DNA of 64,000 nt from Alloascoidea hylecoeti (lineage: Eukaryota). The notes beneath the pieces were generated by a model. The model was given only the letters and a program-made list of their open reading frames with translations, searched no databases and was not told the origin of the DNA. Below, piece after piece: positions 1 through 13,661 of the stretch. Within the stretch, counting starts at the first letter, position 1. Each line of letters opens with the position of its first letter. The stretch lies in the NCBI GenBank assembly GCA_001600815.1, contig BCKZ01000012.1:124001-188000 (forward strand), written 5' to 3'. Made by a program: the position numbers and the translations under genes.

Positions 1-56
1 TCGAGAAAGAGAACGGGAAAGAGAAAGAGAAAGAGAAAGAGAAAGAGAAAGAGAAC
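1..56 (+). repeat. (GAGAAA)n hexanucleotide repeat encoding Arg-Glu dipeptides in Ada3
   Basis: Tandem gaaaga units read directly from the sequence. Confidence 0.85.
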
Positions 57-2062
57 GGCAGGAGATCCTAGAACGTAAAAGAAGAAAAGAATGGGAGGAA
101 AGACAAAAAGAAAGAGATTCTGATTTACGATTTCGTGAAAACCAATTACAATCTTCAATATTTGATAATAATAAACTAAAATTAAAAACGTTAAAAGAAA
201 AAGAGAAGAAGATGAAAAGAGATGATATTAAAGATAAAGACCGATCAAGGTTGAAAAGTAATGAGGAGAATCCATTGAAAAGACAAATAAAAGCTAGAAC
301 GAACTTTGATCCATCAAGAGAGAGCGGTGCAAATCTTCTAAGTATGATGCCTATTAGTAATGATGATGATGACGCTCCAATGGTGGATGCAAGTGAACCA
401 TTTGATGATTTTCCATCGGATTTGAAAAAGATAAAATTTAAAACGGCGGCTGAAACAAATGTCAAAGAAAGCTTGCCTTCAATTCCTGCTAAACCAGAAG
501 ATGCTGATAAAATAAAATCAACAAAATCAAAAAATAATTATAATGATACTAGCAATTCAAAGTCTAATAGTAATAATAATAATGGCGATGACGATGACCT
601 TGCATTAGAAAGATTTCATACCCCTGATTACGACACACGTGCCAAAAACCCCAAATCAGAATTTGTTGACTCCCAAACATTGCCAATAGCAATTCTTGGT
701 CTATATAACGAAGATGAAGATGGATTAGTTAGAACGGGTACTGAATTTTTGAAGAGAAAATATGCCGTTGCAAGCTATCCAGTAGATGATCTGAAAGATG
801 AACTGCCTGGTGAGATACCAGATATGGATATGTCTAAAACGAAAGTTACAAATCAAGTTCAATTTACTACATTTCAAGCATATGTTGATAATTTCTTTAG
901 ATCATATCAAGAAGAAGATTTGACATTTTTAAAACAAAAATATGTCCCTTTTGAAAATGGGACTGCATATGACCCAAATTTAACTCCATATATGACTCCT
1001 CGCTTAGGTCCTGTTTATACTGATATTTGGGCTCGGGAAGACCAAAATAGTGGCTTGTTCAAATATTCTCCTGCCCCACATCATGATATTTCCAAGGTTA
1101 TATCAAAAGGAAGTGCTGATTCAATAGTGGATGATGTATTGGAATCTGAGGACGTTTCGTGTGGTCCTTTGGCTTCAAGACTATTATCCGCTTTGTTAAA
1201 AGATGAAACTGGAGAGCCCGATTCGAATGGTAATGAAACGGAAGAAAATGGCAATGATGTAGGAACTCCAGGGGTGAACACACAAAATGATGATACTGGT
1301 AGCTCAAGCGCTTTGGCTCAACAACAAGGGTGGAAAGTCGTAACAGTTAAAGCGGATTATAATTCTTTGGAAGAACGTTTAAAGCGGGAATTGAGATATG
1401 TGGGTATTTATGTGAACATTGACAGTCGAAGAGAAAAGGAAGGAAAATTGGAACCTCTCCATGGAACGGCAAATGGTAATGGATCAGGTATTCGACCATT
1501 GATGCCTGGAGCTGTCGATGCTTATGATGATGATGATGAGTTTGAAGTAGATTGGTTACAATCGAGAGAAGATGATGAAATTTGTGCCGAGTTGCGAGCA
1601 TTACAAGAAAAATTGAAGCAAGTATCACGCCAAAATCAACAACGCAAAAAACGTTTAATACCAATTGTTAAAGAACAAATGGCATACCAAGAATATTGCC
1701 AAATTTTAGAAGATTTAGATAAACAGGTGGATCAAGCATATCTTAAAAGACTTAATTATAAAATATCCCGATCTAAAAAGAGAAAAATTACTGCAACCCA
1801 AAGCACTAATGTTACGAATGGTTCTTCGATTTCTTCTGTCGCCATTGCAGCCGCAACACAATCTGCTGCCAATTCTGGCTTAAGGGCATTACTTGACAAA
1901 CGATTACGCTGGATTAATAAAATTGGTCCTATATTTAGACCTCAGAAAGAAATGTTGCGTGTTCCTCGAGAATCTATCTTCAAGGATTTAGAGAAAGATG
2001 AAATAGATGATGATGGGGAAGAGGATGCAATTGAAAGTGAAGAAATCAATATCAAAGATTAA
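2..2062 (+). CDS. NGG1: SAGA/ADA histone acetyltransferase complex subunit Ada3 (5' partial; frame open from window start, RE dipeptide run)
   Basis: Frame open from nt 2 (RERERE...) into the 616-aa ORF; Ada3 motifs 'YAVASYP..DLKD.LPGEIPD.D.S..K..NQVQF.TF', 'CGPLASRLLSALL', 'EDDEICAELR.LQ..L', 'EY..IL.DLDKQV.QAY.KR'. Confidence 0.9.
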   Translation, partial: RERERERERERERERERERQEILERKRRKEWEERQKERDSDLRFRENQLQSSIFDNNKLKLKTLKEKEKKMKRDDIKDKDRSRLKSNEENPLKRQIKARTNFDPSRESGANLLSMMPISNDDDDAPMVDASEPFDDFPSDLKKIKFKTAAETNVKESLPSIPAKPEDADKIKSTKSKNNYNDTSNSKSNSNNNNGDDDDLALERFHTPDYDTRAKNPKSEFVDSQTLPIAILGLYNEDEDGLVRTGTEFLKRKYAVASYPVDDLKDELPGEIPDMDMSKTKVTNQVQFTTFQAYVDNFFRSYQEEDLTFLKQKYVPFENGTAYDPNLTPYMTPRLGPVYTDIWAREDQNSGLFKYSPAPHHDISKVISKGSADSIVDDVLESEDVSCGPLASRLLSALLKDETGEPDSNGNETEENGNDVGTPGVNTQNDDTGSSSALAQQQGWKVVTVKADYNSLEERLKRELRYVGIYVNIDSRREKEGKLEPLHGTANGNGSGIRPLMPGAVDAYDDDDEFEVDWLQSREDDEICAELRALQEKLKQVSRQNQQRKKRLIPIVKEQMAYQEYCQILEDLDKQVDQAYLKRLNYKISRSKKRKITATQSTNVTNGSSISSVAIAAATQSAANSGLRALLDKRLRWINKIGPIFRPQKEMLRVPRESIFKDLEKDEIDDDGEEDAIESEEINIKD

Positions 2063-4403
2063 CAAAAATGGGAATGGAAATGGAAATGGAAAAATAATTC
2101 TAGTAACTTATTTATAATGTGGCATTTAAATAATTAGAAATGGAAATTTTGCGTATTCAAAATTAACCCCTTGAGGATATTGTATATGTCGCTAACTAGA
2201 TTCAAATTTAAGTCGTGTACGTTAATTATCAATAGGTTGATCGTGAACTTCAAAACTACAGCTGACATATTTATACAACTATCTATAAAATCTGTTCACT
2301 AATAGCCATCAGCGGTGAACAGAAAAGCCAACAGTAAACAATTAGACTATGGTGAACGTTACCACTGCAGCTGTAGTGGGTTAGATCAAGGGAAACAAAT
2401 ATAGACTACACTGAAACTATACCATATTGCGCAAATGAATTATATATACGCACTATGGGCACTAAACAATTGCATTTAATTCACAATATATATTCATTGG
2501 AACAAGCACAAACTATCTCAAGTAACTAGTCATAGATTCTTATTTCTTTGTGAATTAAGACCAATTGTTTAAATTTAATGTTTAACGTGGTATGTATACA
2601 AGAATCAAACATATAAATTTAAAATATTAATGAAATAGTATAAGTATGTAAGAATTCGAAACAACATATTCAAAATTTAAAGGGTGAAATAAAAGAACTA
2701 ACTATTATATATGCTGAACAAGAAAAAATATCAACCAACTTCTACAAGAGATATAATCTGTCCTTTTGAAGATGATTCCATTAAATCGATAATCAAATAA
2801 TCTAAAAATAACCAAGAGGATGGTCATCTGCCCAACATACCGTTTAATAGATTTTTTGCCATGATCGAAATTGCAGCATATATACAGAGTCTTGTTATAG
2901 ACTAAAAATACCAACTGTATATTGTACAGATGTAGCCTTATTGCGATGGTGTTGGCATTCTGATAGTGACCTGCATTATGATGTTACAGGCTATACATAA
3001 ACATTGTGAGATTAAATTAATTATAATAGCATTATACTGTCGTTTTAATCGTTAATTAATTAAATAGGCTTGGGCCCTGAAGTCAGTGTATAGCTAAGCA
3101 TGTAACAAGTGTTACGGGTTATTTTTGGCCTTAAAACTGCCACTAACTTAGAGGCAAAATAATTAATATCGTAACAGAAACTTTCGACGAAAAACAATCG
3201 ACAGATACAGAAATTATAAATATATGGACATCATATTTTCCTTATCAGAAAGAGTTAGAAAAGTGAGAACGAGGTAATTTTCGAAAGTTATTGTTTTTGT
3301 CGATAGATTTTAATTTTTAATTTTTCCCCAAGTAGACGAAAGTTTTTGAACCAAATGCCTAAAATTAACGTTAACAGAAACACTGTATAATATTGTAGAA
3401 CTTAGAAAATTGAACAACTTTAAAAGATTCGGAATGGATCATCTATTATATTCAATCATTAGTTTAATCTGGTATTCAATGTATTTAACAGCGTATATGA
3501 AGTGTTTTTTAACAAATGTTGATCGTATATTTGTTTCAACTGGCAGCTAGTTAATTGAAATGTTGGTGTTTCGATTTCAGCAGTTATAACGTTTTAGATA
3601 GTCTTGGTGTGGGATAGAGGGGGCAAAAAGTATAATCAGGTATTTCTTCAGATAAAAATTCGCACAGTTCTGGTGGGGCTTATCGAAATATTTAGAACCA
3701 TAGCACGATGTGAATGTGCAGGTGGGGAAGAGGAATGGTTCAAGAGGCCTGTGATTGTTGAATCATTGTTGTTTTTGGTGAAGTCTCACAATTGGGGACA
3801 CATCTTTGTATTGAGGCTCAAGCTTATAGGAGTCACAAATAATGGTTTCCTGTAACAGAATATTGAAAGTGACCAAATAACTCTAGTTATATTTTTAGTC
3901 ACGATTAATATGTCTGTGTAACATTTTTGCTTCTCAAGCGCTAGCTTTGAATCAGTTAATTTATGGTATTGCAGAAACTTCCCAACACGAAGTCATCATT
4001 TAGTGGCAAAAAGGTACGCACAGTACGTATATTTTGTATACCTTTTGTTTGACTGGAATACTCTTCTTCGATGAGTGTGTCTTATTAGTGCTTCGTTTAA
4101 CTTTGGAATACCAGATCTTATCTAACATATACCAACAACTTGGCAACAAGTACGATGTTCGGAGGCCTGTAATTGGTTCTCCGACAAATCAAGTATCTCT
4201 GTTGTGATAATGTCGATAAAATAAGTTTAATATTCTGTTAAATTAAAGAATGTACCTGGAAGTAACCTATTCTATTTAAAAGATTTCCAGTATTTCATAT
4301 TAACACAATTATATAAGTCTATCTAACTATGTTTAATAGTTTATTGGCTCTTTCCAACTAGATCACATAATATATTTTACAAACTAGAAGTCTTTTTACT
4401 CAT

Positions 4404-4445
4404 ATATATATATAAATAGCTATATATATGCATATGCATATGCAT
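4404..4445. repeat. (TA)n plus self-complementary (ATATGC)n microsatellite
   Basis: atatatatatata...tatatatatgcatatgcatatgcatg. Confidence 0.7.
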
Positions 4446-4688
4446 GTTCCTTGATTTACAATTGCAAGGTGATAATCAATTGACTTGCATTATAATAATA
4501 TTAAAGATATGACCATCAATTTACACATTTCATAATATAAGAAGGCCTGAGATTTCATCGATTTCCAATTCAAATTGCAACATTAATATACATTTATATC
4601 ACCAATTTATCCCAACTGATATTTGTTGTTATAGTTATAATCTAATAAGTTCAATTAATTAACTCCAAGATCAGATAGTACAATCACA

Positions 4689-6662
4689 ATGATCTTAAAT
4701 CATATTGGACTAGTGGTTTTATCATTGGTCGTGGGACATGCAGCTGGACAAATCATCCTTATAGCTTCTGACCGTCTATCAAATTGGATGAGAACCGCAA
4801 ACCTATGGTTGATATTAAACAATGCGTTTTACTTAATATTTGTTCAAGGTTTAAGAGATAAAATAACTGGAAAACAACATCGAAGAAGTGCTTCTATTGG
4901 TTCCTTTCTTCCGAAATCAAAAGATAATACAAATTCACTAATTGAGATGCAATCAGAAGGACTAAAAAGCAAGACTATGGCTGTGAATTTGATTGAGAAT
5001 CTAACTAACGTTGATGTTAGCTATAGTATGAAGAGTCCAACAGATGGTGTGTCTGATAGGAGAGGAATGAATTCAGATCTAGAGATGTCTCCGGATTCTG
5101 GTTCAACTTTTAAGGGCTGGAAAACATACCCTGAAAATGCTTCCAAATTCTCAAGTTTTATTACCATCATCATTTTTATATTAGGTCTAGGCATAACTAG
5201 ATTCCTTAGTGTTCCAATTCTATATGGAACTAGTACTGTTTTTGTTTTGCCAAATCCAACATCTGAAGATTATAGAAATAGACTATACTTAACAGAAACT
5301 GGTGATTCTTTTATAAACGCTCGGTTAACCAATGAAATGTATCCATGGGCACATTTCTACGATAGGAATGGATATCGTTTAGAAGCATCTGATCGCACCA
5401 AAAGAATTAACAAAACTTTAAGCAATGATGATATTATTATGGGTCTTTATCCTTCCGAAATGGCAGAACTACTAGAAACAGAAGACATATTAAATAACCA
5501 AAGTTTTTCCCTCTTGAATTTATCCACTGCACAAACATTAACAGAATCTGCATTTTATCGCCAAAATCGTTCACTTATTGATCTTGGATTTTCTTCCATG
5601 GTAACAACTTATAATGAATCAATAGATACTATTCAAGTTCCACTGATATCACTTCCCATTGGCACTTATACGTCGAGAATAGCTAATATGTTTATTTCAT
5701 CAGAAGCTAATCTTACAACGAGTACCCCAGGTCAGAATCACCATACAATACTGCGACAGCTATTGCTCGACAAAGAATATTTTCAAATTGATTTCTTTGA
5801 TTCAGAGAAAAAAAATTACTTCAAAATGCCAATTTATTATATGTATTTCGGTACATTTGATTATGGTGACATTAGTTCCGAAATGGCCGTGGCTACTCCT
5901 TACGTAGGATTTTTCAATGGTAGTGTAAAGGGTACAACTATGGTCACGGAGATGCTATATGCATTTGATGTGAACTTCGCAAATGACAGTAACGTCCATG
6001 TTGAATTTGAAGATGGTGAGATTAACGGTGCGCCTTGGTTGGATTCGTTTCATGATCCAAAAATGTATACTGCTAACGATGATTATTCGTATACTTACAC
6101 AAATGCCAAAATGAAAGGATCGGAATTTTACTTATTCAAATGTGACAATAATGGAACGAATATGACCTTTGTGTATCAATACAACCCTACTTTATATGAG
6201 GGGACTAACATTACCAGAGATGATGTTATAAATTGCACCGAAACATTCTTTGAAGATGTTAAGTTGCCAGATAGTCATGGTCATATAGTACCAAATCCTC
6301 TTTTTATTAGATATACTTGGCTACACGAGCATAAAAATATCACAATTGACAAAGAATTGATAAGTCTCACAAGTGATTTTTCAAGTAAAGCCCTATATTT
6401 TAATGAGATTTATATTAATGGGTCACAAAGATATCATTTACCAAGCAACAGTAAATATACTGATATTGAAACTAGATATATTCTTCCTGATGGAGCGATA
6501 GCTATAATGTGTCTTATTATTGGTATTTGGCTCTTAATGCTTTATATTCCAACAATTAAAAGAACATCAACTATTATATTTGAGGAGGAACAGGCCATTT
6601 TGGCCAATAAATCATTCCTGAATACCATGTTCTCAGAATCTCATGCTACCTATCGTAACTGA
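4689..6662 (+). CDS. Uncharacterised 657-aa integral membrane protein with a large N-glycosylation-rich luminal/extracellular domain
   Basis: Long intronless ORF; hydrophobic segments near aa 2-55, 155-180 and 600-620; many N-X-S/T sequons between them; no family recognised. Confidence 0.75.
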   Translation: MILNHIGLVVLSLVVGHAAGQIILIASDRLSNWMRTANLWLILNNAFYLIFVQGLRDKITGKQHRRSASIGSFLPKSKDNTNSLIEMQSEGLKSKTMAVNLIENLTNVDVSYSMKSPTDGVSDRRGMNSDLEMSPDSGSTFKGWKTYPENASKFSSFITIIIFILGLGITRFLSVPILYGTSTVFVLPNPTSEDYRNRLYLTETGDSFINARLTNEMYPWAHFYDRNGYRLEASDRTKRINKTLSNDDIIMGLYPSEMAELLETEDILNNQSFSLLNLSTAQTLTESAFYRQNRSLIDLGFSSMVTTYNESIDTIQVPLISLPIGTYTSRIANMFISSEANLTTSTPGQNHHTILRQLLLDKEYFQIDFFDSEKKNYFKMPIYYMYFGTFDYGDISSEMAVATPYVGFFNGSVKGTTMVTEMLYAFDVNFANDSNVHVEFEDGEINGAPWLDSFHDPKMYTANDDYSYTYTNAKMKGSEFYLFKCDNNGTNMTFVYQYNPTLYEGTNITRDDVINCTETFFEDVKLPDSHGHIVPNPLFIRYTWLHEHKNITIDKELISLTSDFSSKALYFNEIYINGSQRYHLPSNSKYTDIETRYILPDGAIAIMCLIIGIWLLMLYIPTIKRTSTIIFEEEQAILANKSFLNTMFSESHATYRN

Positions 6663-7984
6663 TTATCAACCTATTATCATCATATTTTATATTAGCTCGA
6701 GGTTATTCATAATTATAAACGTAGTATATTTTTTATAGTCATCTACTACACGGCGGACATGCCATATGTTGTAGTGGTATATAAACTTAATTCTAATTTT
6801 AACAATAATAACAAAATTAATCCATAGCCAGATCTTCGAATATTTAAAATTATCTTTATAAGATATGATGCCAAAAATAAATCCTGCTATAATTAATTAT
6901 TAAGATGTTCAAAAAGTGTATAGCTTTAAAATAAATGGAGTGTGTATATGATTAAGAGAGCTTACGATACATATTGGCCTGTAGTATAAATAACAAATAA
7001 ACAAATAATGTGAACTTGTTACCTAATGAACAACTTTTCTCAAAATTTTGGTCTCCAGAAAATATGCATGCAACTATACATACTACTCCATAAGGAAATT
7101 ATAGAATACATATGCATACATACATCTAAATGTGGTCAAGTGATTTGACAGAGATGTCCAAGAATTAATTTGAGACGGCAAGATTTAGATCTGGCATTCA
7201 TCTACCTTCTGTCATCTTTAATATATAATGGAATTGATTTTAACTTGGTTATGTAGTGATTTTTTCCTGGAGAGTGTTGAGATATCTTTGATTTTCTTAG
7301 AAGTTCGTTTGTGTCCCGAGTTACAGACGCGGTTAAGTGATAAACACTAATAGCTATACCGAGAAGCCATGCAAAGATAGAAAATTAGACAAAAATAAAT
7401 TAGTGCTTGTCTACAAGATAAAACAATGAGTGAGAGACTGCAACACTAGGTATTACGATGTTTATTTTCATGTAAAGGTCTTACCAGTGCGACCTACATA
7501 ATGTATGTACGAATTATTTAGCGAATGAAGCATTGCGCCAATTGATTCCGGTCTCATCTGATAGATTTGAGCTTCTAATAGTAAATATTTAATACTATAA
7601 ATTAGTCTTATCCTCCTAAAAGGCTCCTATGGGTAATTGATTTATTAATTTTCCATCTTTACATATACATAACATACGTATGAAAAAGTTTAGTTGATTT
7701 CTATTTTTTAAACAAACTGCATTAAACCCAAACATCCACCCAAGATATTAATCAAAACCTCCATCATCGCTTTTCTGTTGTCTTCATTATCTTTTCACTT
7801 GTTTCACGACATCCAAACAGTTGTGTGAATTTCCTTTTTTTATTCCTTTGAATGACTTGAGCCTTTAGTTAGGCTGGTCAGCTATTATAAATATTTTAAC
7901 ATAACCATCTCAATTTTGTGATTTACATATTCATTCCTTTTTGATCTCTTCTTTTTTGTTCTAACGTCCAGTCCGTTTTCAGAC

Positions 7985-10900
7985 ATGGAAAATAAACGGA
8001 TAAATGAGGTCCCTACTTCATTCAAAGGTGCCATGAGGCATAATCCTTTAATATCATTAATTCCAACTCAATCAAGTATGTCTATTGTTATTCATATTGC
8101 TTAATGATTTTTTTTTTAACCACAACTTTGCCTTAGTTGCATCTCTTTCTAATATATCATCAATCGAGCCAATATATGCCAAATCTATGACACCAGATGA
8201 GCTGAATCTAGCATCTACATTGGTTTCCCGTGTTGGTACTGACACATCTGAAAGAGCAGATAACTTGATTGGTAGATTGGCGCGTGAAATCTCATCTCAA
8301 GATACAGATTGGCTGTAAGTAGAAACCTCATTTTCATATTTCACAAGTTGAGGTATAGGTACTAATGCTTTAATTAGACAATTTAAGGATGGATCTGGTG
8401 TGGATTTCAAAGAGGATACGTCTAAATGTGACGATCAGTTATACTTGTCACCATTCGCTAATCGATTACTGAATAAAGTAGATGAACAAGGTATTTACTT
8501 TAATTTTCACAACATCCTTTAAATTTATATACTAACTAATACGACTCAAGTCATTAATAATGAAATACAACATCGATCAGAATATGATCAACAGTATGAT
8601 TATAATCAACAAAATTCTCAACAATATTCTCAATCGCGACAGCAGATTCCACCGTCAACTCAACAATATCATTATACACTACCACAGCAATCTCCACGGC
8701 AAATCTCTCAACCTTCGAAACAGGAGTCTCCAGTGCAAGGCTCTTCTCAATCTCACTATAGTGTGCGAAATAATACAACAATTCCAACCCCACATAATGA
8801 AAAAATAAAAACTATTGGTAAAGAGAAAGAAAAGTCGTATACTCCTTCTCAGAATGAAAGTACACAACCTCAGACTAACAGTGATGAAAGAATATATCCT
8901 CCAACAATTCTACAAGAAAATGTGAAAGCTTTAAGTCCGCAGAGTAAGCAGGAAACTTCTCAAATTAAAGATGGAACTCAACCAACGAGTTATTCATCCT
9001 CTCGAAGTCCGCCATCTTATAATTATGTAAATTCAAGTTCAAAATCTCAATATATAAAAGGGAAGAAGCGAAAAATAACACCAAGTCATTATTCTACTCC
9101 TCCTAAATCCGTTGACTCAGAATTACATGACGAAAAGCATACACCAAAGAGATTAAAGAATGAAAAATCAAATAAAAAAACAAATGAACTGGATGAAAAA
9201 CTGCAACGGACTATGATGGATGCTGATAGGCTATTATACAAAAAATTCAAATCACTTTTGAGGTTGTTAAAGGAAGAAAGTCTTGGTGATAAAAGCACAA
9301 TCACTACAGCGTTATGGGCACCTTATCTTTATAATGAGGAATATGAGAGGCCCCTATCGGATTCTATGCTAGTTGAAATTGAAAATATCCTACAAAAATG
9401 CCCACTAGAAGTCTTGGAATCAATAAATGTCAAAAGGTTGCTAAACCTCGAGAAGTTGTGTTGTCGCTCATTTAATCAAGCATTATCTATAAACTGGAAA
9501 GATTCATGGCAAGAGCAAGAAGACATTGATGAAGTATTAAAACTACTACAGGTCGGTGAAAATTCAATGAAGGCTGCAATGGTAGTCTTACGAATTTTAT
9601 TATCCGGCAGAAGTGAAAAACAATTATTTGTTGAAGATATAGTAGCCCCTTTTATTAAATTATCTTTTAATATTATAGAAGGTTTAATATTACCTCTTGC
9701 ATCTAAGGCAACACATGAATACCCAGAGTTTGCTTCTATAAAAAGAATTTTTGCCGGTTTTGTGCAACAGCCTTGTAAGGTCCTTGAGTTACTTCGGGAA
9801 TTCGTTTCTCTTGGTGAAATTGACGATACCTCAATAACGAGGCTCGAATTCTTAACAATAATGGTGATTTTCGGTGAATCAGTCGCCAAAGAAAAGGACT
9901 CAATACTAGGAATAGCCAATTTTGAAGCATTAAGAGCTTCTTCGATGGAGCTGCTGTGTACGATTTTTCGTACGAAGGATGATCAGAAATCCTTCATTCT
10001 GGATGAAATTCTGACGAATTTGGAGAAATTGCCTGTTACAAAGGTGATGGCTCGGCAGTTCAAATTAACGAGAGGCCCAAACATTCAATTGGTAACTGCT
10101 TTACTTGTGAGATTGGTGCATACCTTCCAAACAGCGGATTTTAAATTTCATAATGTCCCAGTTCCGGTTAAAAATCGACAATTGTTAAGTGATAAAGAAC
10201 AAGAAATAATAAAACAAGACGAAGAAGATTTCATCGAAGAATCTAAAACTGCAATGTCACAATCAATTGGTAATGCAAATGAAATATCATCCTTTTTAAT
10301 ACAAAGAATTTCGAAGAGTGGAAACTATGCTACTTATAAACACATCTTTGAAATGCTAATTGAAGATTTACAAAACGTTTTGACTTTTCCTGAGTGGCCT
10401 GCTGCGGAAACTTTGTTATTTACAATTGTTAACTCACTAGCTTGTCTGAGTGATAACGAAAATACTGGGTCTCAGATGCAGTCATTTGCGCTTGAGTTAT
10501 TAGGCAATATTGGATATAAACTAATTTCCTTAAAGCAAAAAGGTAGTCCAATAGATTTATCGCCAAAGATGGAAAATGCCGTATTCAAAAAATTATCTGA
10601 ATCTGTCAGTAAAGATCTGATTTTCTTGCAGAAATTGGGTACTAAAGAACCCTCAACACTTCATGCTTACTCATATCAACTTTTGAAATGGACAAACAAT
10701 ATTTGTGCTCTAAAAGTAGAATTAGAAGATCATGAATCCCCACAGTTATCAATTTTAGTAAACGAAGAATTTGATAAAATAACAAAATCAATTTATGAAA
10801 GTTCTTGGCCTGATAATGGTACTGATTCCGATGCCGATACTCAAGAGTCTTCAATAAATACATATATGGAAATTTTGCTATCACAGCCCTTGGTGAAATC

Positions 10901-13511
10901 CTATGATCATTTCTTAAATCTGATTCTAAGATCATTAAGTCATCCAAAAATTAAATCTAGGAGTAGAGCCTTAAAAACCCTTGGCTTGCTAATCTCTAGA
11001 GATTCATCATTATTGACGTTACCAGCTGTAAGAACTTCCGTCTCTCAGAGATTGATTGATAATTCAGCACTTGTAAGAGATTCAGCCGTTGATCTACTAG
11101 GGAAATACTTGACTACAAAACCCGAAGTTGCGCAAGAATTTTATATAGATATTTGTGACAGATCAAACGATACAAGTGTTGGGGTTAGAAAACGTGTTGT
11201 GAAAATATTGAAAGATCTTTACAGTTATACTGATAAAATTCATATTAAAGTTGAAGTTGCAGACCGCTTATTACGGAGGTTCAATGATGAAGAAGATTCT
11301 ATTATTGAGTTATCTATGGATGTATTGACCGAATTGTGGTTCGTTAATCTTGCTCAGGCAAAAGCGAGATCTGTACAAGATGATGACATGGAATTAAAAG
11401 AATTAACAACCAAAAATACACAAATTATCATTGATACCGCTGCAAAAAATGAGAGAAATGAAGTCACTGTAGCTTCTTTCATTGAAGATATTGCAACTAT
11501 AAAAGATGATGATAAAAAGAAAACAAAGTCACGAGAATTGGCTTTAACTTCCTTTAAACTTATTATTGAGAACTTGTTTGAAAAAATTATTGAACATGCC
11601 GAAGATAAAGAGTTTTTAAGAAAATCTATGAGTTTGTTATCAACAATTTCAAAATTTAATGCTACTTTCATTACTCAAGATCAACTATTATCTTTACAAG
11701 CCTATTTAACAGATGATAGGTCAATGGATGATACCTTGTGTTACTATACATTAAAGATTTTCCGAAACTCCCTTAACCATGTTGGTGCTCTCCGACCTCA
11801 GTTCTTACAGGAGGCACAGTTGTCTTTAATGAAACGTTTAACCAAGTTTAATCTGAAAGAACTAGGAGCTGCAGTTCCTTGCTTATGGATCATAGCTTTG
11901 ATGAGAAAGGATGTTAGAAGAGTGGCAACTGCCGCTTTATCTTGTTTAAAGATATTAAACGTCTATGTACAGAAAGTAATCAAGAAACAACCGATTGTAC
12001 CTGATGCCAAAATTGCTAGACTCTTGCACTTAGTTGGTAATTTAGGTCGTGATTGTCAGTTTGAGGGCGAAAAACAACTTTTCTTGGATGGTAAAGTATC
12101 TATGAAACCAAATGAACCTGTTGTCGCCCTATTCATGAGAGATTTATTATATTTTACAGGTCCTGAATTAGACCATTCAATCCGAAGAATGGCTATTAAA
12201 AATGTCATTAATATATGTATATCACATTCGCAGTTATTAATGGCCCCAGCCGTTCTAAAAGTGATAGACAGGGAGTTCGAAGGAACTGATAAAGATATAA
12301 AACTTGTTATTATTCAGGGATTCATTTCTTTTTTACAGTTTGAAAGAATTGACGATGAAGAGGATACAGACGGAAAGAACGGTGAAAATCCCACGGTCAA
12401 AAAGGTAAGGAAGTCGAGAAAGTCCAAATCATCTAAAAACACAAAACTTGATGTTGATGTATTTCATGGAAGTTCTTCGAAGTATAACCATGATGGCATA
12501 TGCTCTTCTTTGGTTCAAAGATTTTTGCCAAGGATATTAGATCTATGTTTAAAAGATGAGAGTGAATTTTCATTCACTGCAGTTAGATTTCTGGAAATTG
12601 TTGTCAGACAGGGTTTTGCAAATCCACGTATTTGCTCTCCAACAATCATCGCACTAGAAGCTTCTTCAAAAAGACAATTTCGTGTTATGGCTACAGAAAT
12701 GCACAGGAAATTGCATGAGAAATATGAGTCTTTGGTCGAGAATAGTTACATCGAAGGTATAAGACTTGCGGTAAAATACAGAAAACAAGTTTCAACAATG
12801 TTTTTCGATGAAAAACACTTTCTCGAACTATTTTATTCAGTTATTGGGGATGCCAGGTCTTCTGGAAAGAAATTTGTCACAAGCATCACCAAAGCTTATA
12901 ACTTTAGTAATTCCTCGATATCTATAACTGAGTCACTAGAATTATTTGATTTTGTCTATTATACAGTAAATAATCTGACAGGAATTAATTTTTCTACAGG
13001 GGAAGAAGTATATCTGTTGGTCAATGGATTAGATCGCTTAATTGCTGGAGAAGGGATCAACATGTCACTTGCTATAACTGAACAGAAGAAACGAATGATT
13101 ACACCAGAGTGCACTGAAGGACAATCGGAGTCTCAATTACAATCTCAACAAGAATTAAAAGACAGATGGTATAAATTAAGCATATTATCGTTGTCATTTA
13201 TATTGATACTCCATCTTCGACGACATATGATTTCTCATTACTCTATGAGTGAATCCAAATGCCGGGATTTCATACCAGGAAAAGCAGATAAAGAGTTGAA
13301 GCAGGCACCTAAACTTAATGTTGGAACGAAATTCGAAATAACAGATGTCGATATTAATCTGTCATCAGAAGATGAAGAAAAGAGCATCAAGATATGCGAA
13401 GACTACCTGACCGAGCTTTCTCTTCTACCGGGGACGGCTGCTGACTATTCTGATTTCGAAGAGAATGATGAATCTAATCAATCTCAATCTCAATTAGAAC
13501 AAGATTTATAA
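7985..13511 (+). CDS. SCC2: Cohesin loader Scc2/NIPBL; exons 7985-8075, 8137-8314, 8378-8490, 8551-13511
   Basis: HEAT-repeat motifs 'FILDEILTNLEKLP..K..ARQFKL', 'PEWPAAE.LL', 'D.S..VRDSAVDLLGKY', 'QGFANPR.C.PTIIALE'; three GT-AG introns keep one frame from ATG 7985. Confidence 0.93.
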
Positions 13512-13661
13512 CTATTAATTATGCTGTATATTTAGCCAAGTATTTATATGTTCAAAATGTATTATTATTAATTTTTCATAAACGTGACCCCAACCTCCTA
13601 CTTGCTATCGTAATTAATTATAAACTTTACTCCCAAACACACGTAGTCGGATGCCACCAAC

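Noticed and set aside
2705..3855. Short ORFs in intergenic DNA (also 18947-19279, 42972-43262, 55422-55790)
   Set aside because: No recognisable motifs, composition like AT-rich non-coding DNA, several with non-ATG starts
9995..10020. Possible CUG codon reassignment
   Set aside because: CTG occupies conserved Leu positions (Scc2 ILDEIL, Flx1 RLQL, Asg1 MLLP), supporting the standard code
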